Positions 35,619-47,646 of a stretch of 64,000 nt of DNA are shown piece by piece (positions within the stretch are counted from its first letter, which is position 1; every line of letters starts with the position of its first letter). The position numbers and the translations under genes are program-made. The notes below the pieces were generated by a model, which was not told the origin of the DNA, ran no database searches, and saw only the letters and a program-made list of their open reading frames with translations. This stretch comes from Minisyncoccia bacterium (GTDB lineage: Bacteria; Patescibacteriota; Minisyncoccia; Phycocordibacterales; UBA918). The stretch spans positions 32,001 to 96,000 of the forward strand of contig CAXRCZ010000007.1 in NCBI GenBank assembly GCA_964229335.1, read 5' to 3'.

Positions 35619-35885
35619 ATGAAAAAAAGTCATTATATTGCTGGAATCTTGCTTGGCTTACTCACTCCAGTTGCCGGAATATTTATTGGATTACAAATCT
35701 CTACGACATTCGGAACAATTTTAGCCTGGCCGCTGGTGCTGATGAGTTTCTTGACCGGGATTCCATTTGGTATGTGGTCACCACTGCTGTGGTTGGTGGC
35801 GATGATTCTCTCGGTTATTGTGTGGACGCTAGTGGTGTATGCTCTTAGTCAACTTGGTAAAACACGTGCCAAAGACAAGTCTTAG
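35619..35885 (+). CDS. Small membrane protein (mirror)
   Basis: Mirror of 26832..27098. Confidence 0.7.
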   Translation: MKKSHYIAGILLGLLTPVAGIFIGLQISTTFGTILAWPLVLMSFLTGIPFGMWSPLLWLVAMILSVIVWTLVVYALSQLGKTRAKDKS

Positions 35886-35960
35886 TAATTGACCAAATAG
35901 ACTTTTACGCGTACTCTTCAGACATCAACCACGCCTACCAGGCGTATTTATTTTTTACTT

Positions 35961-37751
35961 ATGCAACAATCAGAAATTCGCAATATCGCTATTATCGCTC
36001 ACGTAGACCACGGTAAAACTACACTTACCGATGGTTTGATGGAGTTTACTGGTGCCAGAGAAGGGGATGCGTCGATGGACAACAACGCGTTAGAGCAAGA
36101 ACGAGGTATTACCATCTATGCCAAAAACACTTCTGTTGACTATAAAGATACAAAAATCAACATTATTGATACACCCGGCCACGCGGACTTTGGGTCTGAG
36201 GTTGAGCGTATTTTGCGTAGTATTGACTGCGTTTTGCTGGTGGTAGACGCGCAGGAAGGGCCAATGCCGCAAACTAGATTTGTATTAAAAAAATCTCTTG
36301 AACTCGGACACAAACCGATTGTGATTATCAACAAGATTGATAAGCCAGCAGCCAATCCTGATCAGTGCGAAGAGCAGGTACTAGAACTCTTCTGGGAGCT
36401 TGGCGCCAGCGATGAACAAAGCGAATTCCCAGTAGTGTACGCTGTCGGTAGAGACAAGGTGGCTAAGCGAAATCTGACTGACGAAATGACAGACCTCTCT
36501 CCAGTACTCGATACAATTCTCGAACATGTTCCAGCCGCCAAAGGATATACCGAAAACGACCCACTCCGAGCTCAAGTATTCAACCTCGGGTACGATAACT
36601 TTTTAGGACGACTAGCGGTAGCGAGAATTTACGAGGGTAAGGTGAGTAAAGGTCAATCAGTGATTGTAAAGCATAAAGGCGAGGAGTCCTACAAAGGAAA
36701 AATCGTCAAACTATCTGGCTACAAAGGAGTGCAACAAGTAGAGGTTGAAGAAGCGTTTGCTGGCGATATCGTTTTGATAGCGGGGCTCGAAAAAATAAAT
36801 ATCGGTGACACTATTACCGATACTGATGAAGCAGAACCACTACCAGCAATTGAGGTTGATGAACCAACCGTAAGTATGACCTTCTTAGTCAACTCTTCGC
36901 CTTTTGCTGGAAGAGAAGGTAAGTATGTTACTAGTCGACAGATTGGTGAGCGGTTAGAAAAGGAGTTAGAAATCAATGTTGGTTTGCAAGTAGAGCAGGC
37001 AACAGGTGACGCGTATGTCGTAAAAGGTCGGGGTGAAATGCACATTGCAATTTTGCTTGAAAATATGCGGCGTGAGGGATATGAACTGTCAGTTTCTCAA
37101 CCAAAAGTTATTTTCCGGGAAGAGAATGGTCAGACTCTTGAGCCATTTGAAGAAGCGATTATTGATATCCCGAGCGAATACCAAGGATCAGTGATTGAAC
37201 GTCTTAGCAATCGTGGTTTTATTATGCAAAACATGGTTCCGCATGAGAACCAAGTTCGACTTATATTCGAAGGTCCTACCCGCGGTCTATTGGGATATAA
37301 AAACCAATTTATTATTGATACGAAAGGAGAGGGAATTCTATCTTCACGGTTCATTGAATTCCGTCCACATGCCGGAGAAATCAAAAAACGCCAAGTTGGC
37401 TCAATGACATCGATGACTACAGGAAAAGCTCTCGGCTTTGCATTGGCTGGTTTGCAGGACCGTGGCGAGCTCTATATTGGCGCGGGTACCGAAGTGTATG
37501 AAGGGATGGTTATCGGCAACACCAACAAAGGTGAAGAAATGGCGGTAAACCCGACTAAAGGCAAACAGCTCACCAACATGCGTGCCTCAGGTAGTGACGA
37601 CAACGTTTCACTTACTCCGCACCGACCACTGAAGATTGAGACAGGTTTGGAAATTATGCAGGAAGATGAGTATCTAGAAGTCTGTCCAGAAAGTATTCGC
37701 TTGCGTAAGCAACTACTCAAAGAAAACGAACGATCACGCCTGCGCCGCTAG
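35961..37751 (+). CDS. typA: TypA/BipA (mirror)
   Basis: Mirror of 24966..26756. Confidence 0.97.
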   Translation: MQQSEIRNIAIIAHVDHGKTTLTDGLMEFTGAREGDASMDNNALEQERGITIYAKNTSVDYKDTKINIIDTPGHADFGSEVERILRSIDCVLLVVDAQEGPMPQTRFVLKKSLELGHKPIVIINKIDKPAANPDQCEEQVLELFWELGASDEQSEFPVVYAVGRDKVAKRNLTDEMTDLSPVLDTILEHVPAAKGYTENDPLRAQVFNLGYDNFLGRLAVARIYEGKVSKGQSVIVKHKGEESYKGKIVKLSGYKGVQQVEVEEAFAGDIVLIAGLEKINIGDTITDTDEAEPLPAIEVDEPTVSMTFLVNSSPFAGREGKYVTSRQIGERLEKELEINVGLQVEQATGDAYVVKGRGEMHIAILLENMRREGYELSVSQPKVIFREENGQTLEPFEEAIIDIPSEYQGSVIERLSNRGFIMQNMVPHENQVRLIFEGPTRGLLGYKNQFIIDTKGEGILSSRFIEFRPHAGEIKKRQVGSMTSMTTGKALGFALAGLQDRGELYIGAGTEVYEGMVIGNTNKGEEMAVNPTKGKQLTNMRASGSDDNVSLTPHRPLKIETGLEIMQEDEYLEVCPESIRLRKQLLKENERSRLRR

Positions 37752-38995
37752 TTAGTGGCCGGAATAAACGTTAGAGCCTTTCCGCGCTCTTTACCTCGAC
37801 CAGTTCGTCCAATACGGTGTACGTAGTCCTCGAAAGTATTAGGTAGGTCGTAGTTGATGACGTGACTAACACTGTCGACATGGATTCCACGAGCAGCTAC
37901 ATCGGTAGCTACTAGTACTTTGGCTTGACCACTCTTAAAGCGCTTGAGAGCACGCTGTCTCTGACTATGACTTTTGTTACCGTGGATTGATTCGGCAGTG
38001 ATTCCGTTTTGGTTAATCTGGGAGCCGATTCTTTCCACTTGGTGTTTCATTGCGCCAAAGATAATTACTCTGCGCAGCTCGTCTTTTTTCAAAAGCTCAA
38101 GCAAAGTATCAAACTTTTGATCACCGATATACGACACAACATCTTGTTCGATGCTGTCAGTCACGGCCTTTTTCTTTACCGAGACAGTCACAGGATTGTC
38201 CATAAAATCCTTTATCAGACCAGCGGTCTTATCATCCATAGTGGCGGAGAAGAAAAGAGTCTGTCGTTTGGGTGGAAGTAAATCCAAGATATAGCGCATA
38301 TCATGAATAAATCCCATATCCAACATACGATCAGCTTCATCAAGTATTACTGAATCAATAGTCTTTAGCGGCATCAACCGACGATCTATTAAATCTTTGA
38401 CTCTGCCTGGCGTACCAATAATGAATTGATTTTTTCGCTTAAGACCACGGATTTGCGGCGCAATACTGGTACCACCGACGCATACTGTTGAGTACATCGG
38501 GAAACCTTTGCTGAGTAATCTAAGCTCATTTTCAATTTGGATTGCTAATTCTCGAGTCGGAGTGAGAATGAGAGTAGTTTTTTGATTGTCTGATAGCTTG
38601 CGTTCAATCATAGGAATCAGAAACGCAGCTGTTTTTCCAGTACCAGTTTCGGCTAGACCCACCACGTCCTTTCCTTGCAAGATTTCTGGTATTACTTGGT
38701 CTTGAATAGGGGTTGGATCAATTAATCCCATTGTTTTGATGGCTTTTTTCAGAGTTGCGGTAAGGGGTAGGGCAGAAAATTGTGATTTTGGTACGTATAC
38801 TTCCTCTGCTACCTCTACAGGATTGCGGTTGATAAACTGAGTCGGGTCAAAAGACGGCATTTGACGGCGTTTTGAGGTTCGGGTCCGAGTACGAGAAGAA
38901 GAGCTCGAGTAACGTCTTCGATTGTTTTGGCTAGCATTATTTTTACGACGTCGAAATTGGCTACCGCCACTTCGACGGGGTCGAGTGTTTGTCAT
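37748..38995 (-). CDS. DEAD-box RNA helicase (mirror)
   Basis: Mirror of 23722..24969. Confidence 0.96.
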   Translation of the reverse strand: MTNTRPRRSGGSQFRRRKNNASQNNRRRYSSSSSRTRTRTSKRRQMPSFDPTQFINRNPVEVAEEVYVPKSQFSALPLTATLKKAIKTMGLIDPTPIQDQVIPEILQGKDVVGLAETGTGKTAAFLIPMIERKLSDNQKTTLILTPTRELAIQIENELRLLSKGFPMYSTVCVGGTSIAPQIRGLKRKNQFIIGTPGRVKDLIDRRLMPLKTIDSVILDEADRMLDMGFIHDMRYILDLLPPKRQTLFFSATMDDKTAGLIKDFMDNPVTVSVKKKAVTDSIEQDVVSYIGDQKFDTLLELLKKDELRRVIIFGAMKHQVERIGSQINQNGITAESIHGNKSHSQRQRALKRFKSGQAKVLVATDVAARGIHVDSVSHVINYDLPNTFEDYVHRIGRTGRGKERGKALTFIPATN

Positions 38996-39209
38996 ATTAG
39001 TGAGTATGGTGATTTATACACCAAAGGTGTAAGGGCGGTGCAGGTAATAAATGGAGAAACTAAACAGTATCTGCAGCTTGAGAGCCCTACACAGATTTCA
39101 AAAGCGTCTGTACTCTAACACATTTAAATAATATGTAAATATCAGCTAATCACAGTTTGCTGCAAAAGCTGACAGCTGCTGAACGGTAGGTAGGGTATGA
39201 TGAAATAGT

Positions 39210-39407
39210 ATGAGACAACAGCTTCTCTACAGTGAAAACGAATACGCTCGTGTGAAATGGTATCTCGTCAATAGTGGCAAGGAAGGTACTATCGAAGATA
39301 TCATGCGGGTCACTCGTCATGGATATCTGAAAGCTGGTCAGATACAGGAACAGTTGCATCGTGAAGGCATTCTCGACCTCAACGAAATTAGGGAATTTGA
39401 TGAGTAG
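39210..39407 (+). CDS. FtsK gamma-like small protein (mirror)
   Basis: Mirror of 23310..23507. Confidence 0.55.
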   Translation: MRQQLLYSENEYARVKWYLVNSGKEGTIEDIMRVTRHGYLKAGQIQEQLHREGILDLNEIREFDE

Positions 39408-39579
39408 CTTTTTGTTCCGGTGTTTGCTATGCGAAAGTAGTCATTCTTATGTATAAGAAAGCCGTACTAGCTGGAGGACGCTTTCGTAAGACCTTGCCAG
39501 CTACTTTGCAAAGCATGAAGTAAAGTAGCGACAAGGTATACGGCTCCTGTAAGGAGTAAGAGATGCTATATTTCTATAT

Positions 39580-40068
39580 ATGATAAAAAAAGCTGTAGTG
39601 GCGGGAGGATGCTTCTGGGGACTCGAAGACCTCATCCACACCCAAAAAGGAGTGGTTGATACTGAAGTTGGCTATACAGGCGGAACAAATACCAATCCGA
39701 CCTACCAAAATCACCCCGGCCACGCTGAGGCAGTAGAGATTACATATAATCCTGAAGAACTCTCTTACAAGGAGTTGTTAGATTTTTTCTTTCAAATTCA
39801 TAATCCCACCACATTAAATCAGCAAGGTAATGATAAAGGTACTTCTTACCGTTCAGCCATTTTTTACCAAAACCAAGAAGAAAAGGCTATAGCTCAAGAA
39901 ATGATTGCTATTGTAAACCAGTCTGAACGCTGGTCCGATCCAGTTGTTACTAGCCTTGAGCCCTTCACGGCATTTTATCCAGCTGAGGACTATCACCAAG
40001 ACTATTTGATAAAAAATCCAGGTGGCTATACCTGCCACGCCATTTATTTTGATAGCTATTTGAAATAA
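39580..40068 (+). CDS. msrA: MsrA (mirror)
   Basis: Mirror of 22649..23137. Confidence 0.96.
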   Translation: MIKKAVVAGGCFWGLEDLIHTQKGVVDTEVGYTGGTNTNPTYQNHPGHAEAVEITYNPEELSYKELLDFFFQIHNPTTLNQQGNDKGTSYRSAIFYQNQEEKAIAQEMIAIVNQSERWSDPVVTSLEPFTAFYPAEDYHQDYLIKNPGGYTCHAIYFDSYLK

Positions 40069-40136
40069 CTTATTTTGTCTCGCTACTCATGTAGTGTAGA
40101 ATTAGCAGGTAACTAACCAATAATTTACCTATTACT

Positions 40137-40928
40137 ATGAATCCTTCTGATAATTCAGACCAAAAAGAAACCACTACCACAGCTACTGAACCAGTAGCTA
40201 CTCCAGTTGAGTCCGGTACCAAAAAACCGGCTTGGATGTATTATGCTATAGCGGCGATTGTACTAATTATCCTAGCGTTGGGGTTGTTGTATGTGATGGA
40301 AAAGCAAGGTAAAACCGACACCGGCCTATTTGATTCAATTTTGACCATGCAGTCACAGCAAGTCACTGTCGCATTGGTTAATGGACAAAGTATTTCTCAA
40401 TATGAGTTAGACACTAGTATCGAACAGTTGTCTGCCGGAGCTGCTTCACAGGGAATTGATCAAAATGATCCTCAAGTGCAACAAGGTCTTCGCGATCAAG
40501 CGCTTGAAGTCTTGATTAACACAGAGTTGCTTCGACAAGAAGCTGAACGTCGAGGAGTGACAGTTACAGATGAAGAGGTGCAAGCACGCTTAGACGCACT
40601 AGTACAACAGGTTGGTGGCGAAGAAGTTTTGGCTGAAAGAATGGAAGAGTTCGGAGTGAGTATGGAGACCTTGGAGTCAGATATTCGCAGTGAGCTCGCT
40701 ATCCAAAAAGTACTCGACGCAGTCTTTGCTGAAAGAGAAATCACAGTAACTGAAGAAGAAATAAATGAGTACTACACAGCCGCTGGTGGAGAAGAAGCTG
40801 GCCTACCTCCACTTCAGGAAGTGCGGGACCAAGTTGAACTAGAAGTTCAAAATACCAAACAACAAGAAATCATAAACGAACTCATCACTGAATTACGCGC
40901 CTCAGCCACTATCGAAATAATTGAATAG
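40137..40928 (+). CDS. SurA N-terminal domain protein (mirror)
   Basis: Mirror of 21789..22580. Confidence 0.85.
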   Translation: MNPSDNSDQKETTTTATEPVATPVESGTKKPAWMYYAIAAIVLIILALGLLYVMEKQGKTDTGLFDSILTMQSQQVTVALVNGQSISQYELDTSIEQLSAGAASQGIDQNDPQVQQGLRDQALEVLINTELLRQEAERRGVTVTDEEVQARLDALVQQVGGEEVLAERMEEFGVSMETLESDIRSELAIQKVLDAVFAEREITVTEEEINEYYTAAGGEEAGLPPLQEVRDQVELEVQNTKQQEIINELITELRASATIEIIE

Positions 40929-40996
40929 ATTGCTTTGCACACGTCTAGCGCGTTTTCTTCATATACTCCAATAAGGACTTGGTATACTTATTGGTA

Positions 40997-42250
40997 ATGT
41001 CCGAGTCCCTTCAAGCAATCGCTCACGCTATTACATACCACCCACAGGAACGGATAAAGATGCTGCAGAATCTACCGCAGTCTCAGCGCAGCGCGGTATT
41101 TGAATTACTCTCACCGTATGTGCAGCAGTCTATCTTGCGACATCTTCATGATCACGAAATAGTCGAATTACTTGATAATCTTGACTTACGTCACGCCGAA
41201 CAAGCTCTGGCTCGTCTGAAGAATGTTAAAAGAAGGGTTCGTATTGTACGAAAATTAAAAGGAGAGGTGAGAGAAAAAGCCGAATATTTTTTGCGGTTTC
41301 ATCCACAAGCTACGCTGTCCCTGATTAATTTCGATTACTTGTTTGTGTCTGGTGACAAAACACTGGCCCAAGCGGCTGACTTAATTGAGAGTCATTACGA
41401 AGAAACAGGAAAGTATCCGGAACTACTGGTGCATGAGCACGGCGATTTGATTGGGGAGGTGACGTTTGCGACGTTAGTGCGAGAAAGAAATAATGCTAAG
41501 TTAAAAAATTTTGTACATCCGATAAGTACTATTTCTTATCAAACCGAACCGGCCAAAATCGTCGATCATTTGGTCACCACTAAAAATAAAAAGGTAGTGG
41601 TACAAGACCACGACAACAGCATTATCGGCATCATATACGCTGATACGATGAAGTCACTATTTGGAGAATTACCAGCTGAAGCACTCTATGATTTCGCTGG
41701 AGTTGATGATAGCGAGCGACCGTTTGATTCAGTGGGTAAAAAAGTCTCACACCGCTATCGGTGGTTGATACTCAACTTACTAACTGCTTTTGGGGCCGGG
41801 GCAGTAGTTTTGCTGTTCCAAGATACGCTCGACACCCTGACCATTTTGTCAGTGTACATTCCAATTATGGCTGGTATGGGCGGTAATGCTGCAACTCAGT
41901 CTTTTGCCATTATGGTTCGAGGCTTAACTCTTGGCACGGTGTCATTGCAATCTGCTGGACCAGCTATTGTAAGAGAGTTTATCGCTGGCGGATTTAATGG
42001 TGTGATTATCGGGGCTATAGTCGCCGTTATTTCGTGGTTGTGGAACGGAGAACCATTATTAGGAATAGTAGTAGGATTAGCTTTGATAATTGCTCATGCT
42101 ATAGCAGCAGTAGCCGGTGCAATTGTGCCACTACTAATGAAGAATTTGGGGTATGACCCAGCTGCAACATCGACTATATTTATCACCACTATCACTGATG
42201 TGTGCGGACTCTTATTGTTGTTTGGACTAGCAACGTTAATTCTGTTGTAA
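40997..42250 (+). CDS. mgtE: MgtE (mirror)
   Basis: Mirror of 20467..21720. Confidence 0.92.
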   Translation: MSESLQAIAHAITYHPQERIKMLQNLPQSQRSAVFELLSPYVQQSILRHLHDHEIVELLDNLDLRHAEQALARLKNVKRRVRIVRKLKGEVREKAEYFLRFHPQATLSLINFDYLFVSGDKTLAQAADLIESHYEETGKYPELLVHEHGDLIGEVTFATLVRERNNAKLKNFVHPISTISYQTEPAKIVDHLVTTKNKKVVVQDHDNSIIGIIYADTMKSLFGELPAEALYDFAGVDDSERPFDSVGKKVSHRYRWLILNLLTAFGAGAVVLLFQDTLDTLTILSVYIPIMAGMGGNAATQSFAIMVRGLTLGTVSLQSAGPAIVREFIAGGFNGVIIGAIVAVISWLWNGEPLLGIVVGLALIIAHAIAAVAGAIVPLLMKNLGYDPAATSTIFITTITDVCGLLLLFGLATLILL

Positions 42251-42273
42251 GGACATAGTGGTATACTAGTGAC

Positions 42274-42831
42274 ATGAAGATTGCCGAGAGAGTGGTAATG
42301 GTAGCTTTGCTCCTAGCTATTTTGGGTGGGGGAGGAGCGCTGTATTACGCAGTCACAAAGGAGAGCGCTGCAGTACGCGATGCTGTTGCTCGAGGTGAGT
42401 ATGAACAACCACTGCCGTCAGAAGAAACGGACACTACCGATCAATCTAACTGGCGGGTTTACTATCCTACTACAGTTCCAATAGTTATCGGGCCAACTAC
42501 CGTTGCAGCATCCGTAGCCGATTCGTTACCAGAACGAATAAAAGGCCTCTCTGATACACCATATTTACCTGAGGGCTTGGTAAAATTATTTGCTTTTGGT
42601 GCTGCTGGCAGCCATTCGATATGGATGAAAGACATGCAATACCCACTTGATATCATATGGGTAGACAAAGAAGGGAGCATTACCCATATAGAAGAAAATA
42701 TTTCACCAGAGACCTTTCCAGAATCTTTTTCTTCGCCAACACCAGCTTGGTATGTAATTGAAGCGAATGCAGGGTTTGTGGCAAGTAATAATATTACAAA
42801 GACTGACCAAGTAACTATTGTCTTGGAATGA
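42274..42831 (+). CDS. DUF192 protein (mirror)
   Basis: Mirror of 19886..20443. Confidence 0.88.
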   Translation: MKIAERVVMVALLLAILGGGGALYYAVTKESAAVRDAVARGEYEQPLPSEETDTTDQSNWRVYYPTTVPIVIGPTTVAASVADSLPERIKGLSDTPYLPEGLVKLFAFGAAGSHSIWMKDMQYPLDIIWVDKEGSITHIEENISPETFPESFSSPTPAWYVIEANAGFVASNNITKTDQVTIVLE

Positions 42832-42907
42832 TGATGTTATCCCATATTGTGCCGAAGGGTATGTTTTTGCTAAAAACTTGCATAATAGTATAAAACGTTG
42901 CATACTA

Positions 42908-43302
42908 TGCAGGCACGATGGTCGCCTAAGCTAGTAAATTGTGAACCACAATTGGATAGTTTGGGAGGAAAGTCCGAACACGCACTAGATTATCTAGTAG
43001 CCGGGTAGCGGGTAACACCCGTCATTTAGTCTTTGACTAAAAGAGGTGCGAGCAGAGACGTCACAATCGAAAGAAAGTGAGTTCCTTCGGGAATAGCTCT
43101 ATAAGAAATTATAGAGGTGAAACGGCTAAATCCTTACCTGCGTGCAAGGCCGTGCTTTTGTCTCATGGCAAAAGAGAGCCGCATGAAATATCGAGTAATT
43201 GATATTCAAGATATATGACCATCCTAGCCTCACTTTTTGTGTGTGTTTAGACACTAAATACGTACAAAAAGTGAGGCTACGACAGAATTCGGCTTATGTG
43301 CA
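42908..43302 (+). ncRNA. rnpB: RNase P RNA (mirror)
   Basis: GAGGAAAGTCC...ACAGAATTCGGCTTA; mirror of 19415..19809. Confidence 0.92.
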
Positions 43303-43386
43303 AAAAAGCAGCTCGCAAGAGCTGCTTTTACTATATGATAGACTGAGTCTATAGGAGGCAACAATAGTGTTTTAAATAATTTTTAT

Positions 43387-45900
43387 ATGGCAAACCAAAA
43401 TGTTTTTATCCCGCGTTCGTTTCAAAGCGAAGCACCGAAAGAACCAGAGAAACCAGTTCAAAGTGAACCGAAAAAGGACGATAAGTTGGGAAAAACGTTA
43501 CATAGAATCACTCAGTATCTAGTGGTGGCACTGGCTTTCTTATTGCCATTGTTTTTTGTGCCAGGGCTGTATGCGTCGCTTGGTTTTGACAAAGTAATTC
43601 TAGCAACTGGTCTGTCACTAACTATTGTTGTTATTGCTAGTTTGTCTGCTTTACGTTACTCACAAGTGAGACCGGTATTGCCATTACCGTACTTTATTTT
43701 TTGGGGAATTGCGGGTATTGCGCTCGTGAGTGCTCTTTTGTCCGGTGACATACAAGATTCTTTAGTTGGGTCATATTTCGAAATCCATACCACTGGCTTC
43801 TTGCTATTGTTAGCGTTAGTTATTACGACAACTTTGGTATTGCAACGCTCAAAAATAATGAGCCTACAAGCTTTATTGGCGCTACTAATTGGCGCAGGAG
43901 TGTTGATAATTTACAATCTCGTTCGGTTTTTTGCCGGGCCAGTCTTGCCACTTAATAGCTTTGGTGACGTCACTGTCTCACCGCTTGGAGGACTAAATGA
44001 CTTGGCGGTGTTTGCTGGTGTGACCATTATTTTGTCTCTAGTTGCTCTGTTGCAACTACCACTTAAAATGTGGACTAAAAGTCTATTAGCGTGTCTTTGT
44101 GTGGCTAGCTTGCTGGTACTCGCAGTGGTGAACTTCTTCTATATTTGGTTGGGTGTAGGTTTCTTTTCTTTATTACTACTTATCTATCTATTGTCACGAG
44201 ACACATTGTTTGGTCATGAGGACGAAACTCCGTCGACTACTACTCGTTCGCTTTTGTTAATCATATTGTCACTAGTTATTGGTGTAGTTAGTGCTGTGTT
44301 TGTGATAGCAGGAAATTATGCTGGCAGTGTGGTATCCCAAGCCACCAATATTGATTACATTGAAGTTCGCCCTTCGCTCTCTGCTACAGCGGATATTGCG
44401 CGAGCTACCTATCAAGACAACCTCCTATTAGGAAGCGGTCCGAATCGCTTTGCTGATATGTGGCGTCTCCATAAGGATCGTAGTATCAATGACACAAACT
44501 TCTGGAATGTTGACTTTACAGCTGGCTTTGGTTTCGTTCCAACCTACTTTATCACACTTGGTGCACTAGGCGGCGTAGCCTTTATTACGTTTCATCTAGC
44601 GTATCTATTGATGGGGTATCAAATGTTAATTAAAACTCAAATTCGTGACCAGTTCTGGTATTTTTTCGGAACAGTCACTTTTGTGGCATCGCTGCTGCTG
44701 TGGGGAGTGACGTATGTATATGTGCCAGGAGCAGCTATCTTATTGCTAACCGCTTTGTTTACTGGACTATCCTTCGTTGCGTACGGGGCACTCATGCCGG
44801 CTACCGCAATAACTATTCCGCTTATAGGCAGTCGGCGACAAGGATTCTTATTGATGGCAATTACTGTCATTTTGGTGGTTGGTTCAGTCGTACTATTGTT
44901 CTTTGTTGGTCAACAATATGCAGCCCAATACGAATTTACTCGCGGCCAAGTGGTCTCAGAATCAGTTGAAGAATTCGAAGGCAGTGTGGAACGTGCCTAT
45001 ATGCTATTCAATGACAATCAATTTTTAGCTGGTCTGGCACAGCTAAAGCTATCAGTGATGCAAAGCCTGACGGCTATTGAAGAACCAACCGAGGCTGATC
45101 AAAACAACTTTGCAGAAACTGCACAAGAAGCAATTGTCTTGGCCGAACAAATAATCACCAACGATCCGACTGACCCTACTGGCTACGCATTGTTGGCTGA
45201 TGTGTACTATCTTCTTGATCAGGCTGGCCTAGAAGGCGCCAAAGAACGCGCCGATGCTGCTTTGGCGTCAGCACAAGAGCGAGATCCAAAAGATCCAGGG
45301 TACGATCTAGCCTCTGCGGTGGTTGCATCTCGAGCCGGCAATACTGAGTTGGCTCGTGAAGAAATCGCCAATGCGCTGACTCTAAAGAGAAATTATGTCG
45401 ATGCACTGTTCTTGCTCGCACAGTTAGATATTGAAGAAGGTAATATTGAATCTGCTATTGCTGCCACTACCCAAGTAGTAACACTTGAACCAAACAATCC
45501 GACTCGTTACTACCAATTAGGAATTCTCTTGGCAGCTAACGAACAATATGATCAAGCTATTGCCGCGTATCAAGAAGCCCTACTTCGTGACAACAGCTTT
45601 GCGAATGCTCGCTATATGTTAGCGATGGCATATGTGGCAGCAGAACAAGTTGAAGCAGCACTCGAAGAGCTAAGAATCGTCCAGTCTACGAATGAAGAAA
45701 ACGAAGAACTAGCTGCTCTTATAGTTCAACTAGAGACTACCGGTACTCTACCGGCTGCAACCCAAGGATTAGAATCTCCCATTAATGAAAATGACAGCGC
45801 TGCGACTGCTGATGGGGTGGTGACTGATGAGGTTCCAGAATCAAACGTTATTTCTCCTATCAACACTAACGCAAGTTCGGGTGAAGCAGGTGCTCAGTAG
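43387..45900 (+). CDS. Membrane protein with TPR repeats (mirror)
   Basis: Mirror of 16817..19330. Confidence 0.85.
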   Translation: MANQNVFIPRSFQSEAPKEPEKPVQSEPKKDDKLGKTLHRITQYLVVALAFLLPLFFVPGLYASLGFDKVILATGLSLTIVVIASLSALRYSQVRPVLPLPYFIFWGIAGIALVSALLSGDIQDSLVGSYFEIHTTGFLLLLALVITTTLVLQRSKIMSLQALLALLIGAGVLIIYNLVRFFAGPVLPLNSFGDVTVSPLGGLNDLAVFAGVTIILSLVALLQLPLKMWTKSLLACLCVASLLVLAVVNFFYIWLGVGFFSLLLLIYLLSRDTLFGHEDETPSTTTRSLLLIILSLVIGVVSAVFVIAGNYAGSVVSQATNIDYIEVRPSLSATADIARATYQDNLLLGSGPNRFADMWRLHKDRSINDTNFWNVDFTAGFGFVPTYFITLGALGGVAFITFHLAYLLMGYQMLIKTQIRDQFWYFFGTVTFVASLLLWGVTYVYVPGAAILLLTALFTGLSFVAYGALMPATAITIPLIGSRRQGFLLMAITVILVVGSVVLLFFVGQQYAAQYEFTRGQVVSESVEEFEGSVERAYMLFNDNQFLAGLAQLKLSVMQSLTAIEEPTEADQNNFAETAQEAIVLAEQIITNDPTDPTGYALLADVYYLLDQAGLEGAKERADAALASAQERDPKDPGYDLASAVVASRAGNTELAREEIANALTLKRNYVDALFLLAQLDIEEGNIESAIAATTQVVTLEPNNPTRYYQLGILLAANEQYDQAIAAYQEALLRDNSFANARYMLAMAYVAAEQVEAALEELRIVQSTNEENEELAALIVQLETTGTLPAATQGLESPINENDSAATADGVVTDEVPESNVISPINTNASSGEAGAQ

Positions 45901-45908
45901 GAAGCGGT

Positions 45909-47585
45909 ATGGTACGCAGAGTTTTTGATCTCATGTATAAAGAAATACGCGGCTTACATCAAGCCGCGTATATCCTGGCCCTGTTTGCTATTGGTTCACA
46001 GCTACTCGCGATAGTAAGAGATAGGTTGTTAGCGCATATATTCGGCGCTGGTCCTGAACTTGATATATATTACGCTGCCTTTCGTATACCAGATTTATTG
46101 TACGTATTATTTGCCTCGATACTGTCTGTATATGTTTTGCTACCGTTTGTTAATCGAGCCGAAGAAAAGAACGGTATCGCGGCTGGTGTTGCTGTTATCA
46201 GTCAAGTATTCTCGTTATTCTTGATTGGTTTCAGCGTTGTGGCTGGGGTATTGGCAATCACTGCGCCATGGTATGTACCATACATATTTCCCGGTTTGGC
46301 CACTGAGGCGGGTACACTGACAGTTTTACTACAAATATTACTCTTGCAGGCCTTCTTCTTGGGACTATCCAGTCTGTGTGGGGTGGTTACCCAAATCGGA
46401 CATCGGTTCGTCTTGTATGCTATCAGTCCGTTATTTTATAACCTAGGAATTATTATCGGTATCACAGTGTTTTACCAATTCTTTGGGTTGGCTGGACTAG
46501 CGCTCGGTGTTGTTATTGGTGCTTTGGGGCATTTGGCAATACAGATTCCATTTGTGGTTACAAGCCAGTATCGATTTACCTGGCAGCATAAAATTGAATG
46601 GAAGTTAATCAAAGAAATTCTAGTCGTAGCGATACCACGCGGACTTACTTTATCCGTAAATCAATTGGTTTTATTGCTTTTAATTGGTATCGCAACCACC
46701 ATGGCAGCGGGGTCTGTGTCGGTATTCCAGTTCGCTTTTAATTTGCAATCCGTGCCACTGGCGGTTATTGGTATGAGTTATTCAGTAGCAGCATTTCCCA
46801 CACTGTCCCGTATGTTGGCAAAAGGGAAGACTAAAGAGTTTAACTTACATCTTTTGACTGCACTGCGGCACATAATATTTTGGTCAATTCCTATCATGGT
46901 CTTGATTGTGGTGTTACGAGCGCAGATTGTACGTGTATTACTCGGTAGTGGCGCGTTTGATTGGGCAGACACAAGATTGACAGCTGCAGTGTTAGCAGTG
47001 TTCGTTATATCGTTATTTGCACAAGCTATCTTGTTACTTTTGTTTCGAGCGTTTTATGCTGGCGGACGCACACTTGTGCCATTTTTAGTGGCTAGTATTT
47101 CTTCAGGATTAGCAATTATCACAGCTTTCTTGTTAGTTGATTTTTATGTGACTCAGCCGGCTTGGCAAATAGCACTTAGAGATATGTTCCGTTTGCAAGA
47201 TGTTATTGGAGCAGAGGTACTCATCCTTGCTTTTGCCTTTACAGTGAGTCAACTACTACAGCTAGTGATGTTAGTATTCTTGTCTCGAAAAACTTTTGGG
47301 ATTAGTTATCGTCCGCTATATAAGCTTACCTTAAAGGCAATTCTAGCCAGTATGGTGGGTGGTATCATCGCCTACGCCAGTCTGACGTTTGTGGTAGACG
47401 GTATCAATCAAAACACCTTTATTGGTATTTCACTACAAGGGCTGGTAGCTGGGGTCGCCGGAATCGTCGGTTCTGCACTAACATACTATGTACTTAGAGC
47501 ACCAGAACTACAGGAAATCTACTATTCATTTAAGTCAAAGATTCTAAAAACAGACGTCATCGCTCCTGAACCAGAACGACTCTAG
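45909..47585 (+). CDS. murJ: MurJ (mirror)
   Basis: Mirror of 15132..16808. Confidence 0.92.
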   Translation: MVRRVFDLMYKEIRGLHQAAYILALFAIGSQLLAIVRDRLLAHIFGAGPELDIYYAAFRIPDLLYVLFASILSVYVLLPFVNRAEEKNGIAAGVAVISQVFSLFLIGFSVVAGVLAITAPWYVPYIFPGLATEAGTLTVLLQILLLQAFFLGLSSLCGVVTQIGHRFVLYAISPLFYNLGIIIGITVFYQFFGLAGLALGVVIGALGHLAIQIPFVVTSQYRFTWQHKIEWKLIKEILVVAIPRGLTLSVNQLVLLLLIGIATTMAAGSVSVFQFAFNLQSVPLAVIGMSYSVAAFPTLSRMLAKGKTKEFNLHLLTALRHIIFWSIPIMVLIVVLRAQIVRVLLGSGAFDWADTRLTAAVLAVFVISLFAQAILLLLFRAFYAGGRTLVPFLVASISSGLAIITAFLLVDFYVTQPAWQIALRDMFRLQDVIGAEVLILAFAFTVSQLLQLVMLVFLSRKTFGISYRPLYKLTLKAILASMVGGIIAYASLTFVVDGINQNTFIGISLQGLVAGVAGIVGSALTYYVLRAPELQEIYYSFKSKILKTDVIAPEPERL

Positions 47586-47646
47586 TAATTTTTATATTCT
47601 CAGGTAGAGTAAAGCCACTGTCATCGGCTAGGATGTCACTCTTGTT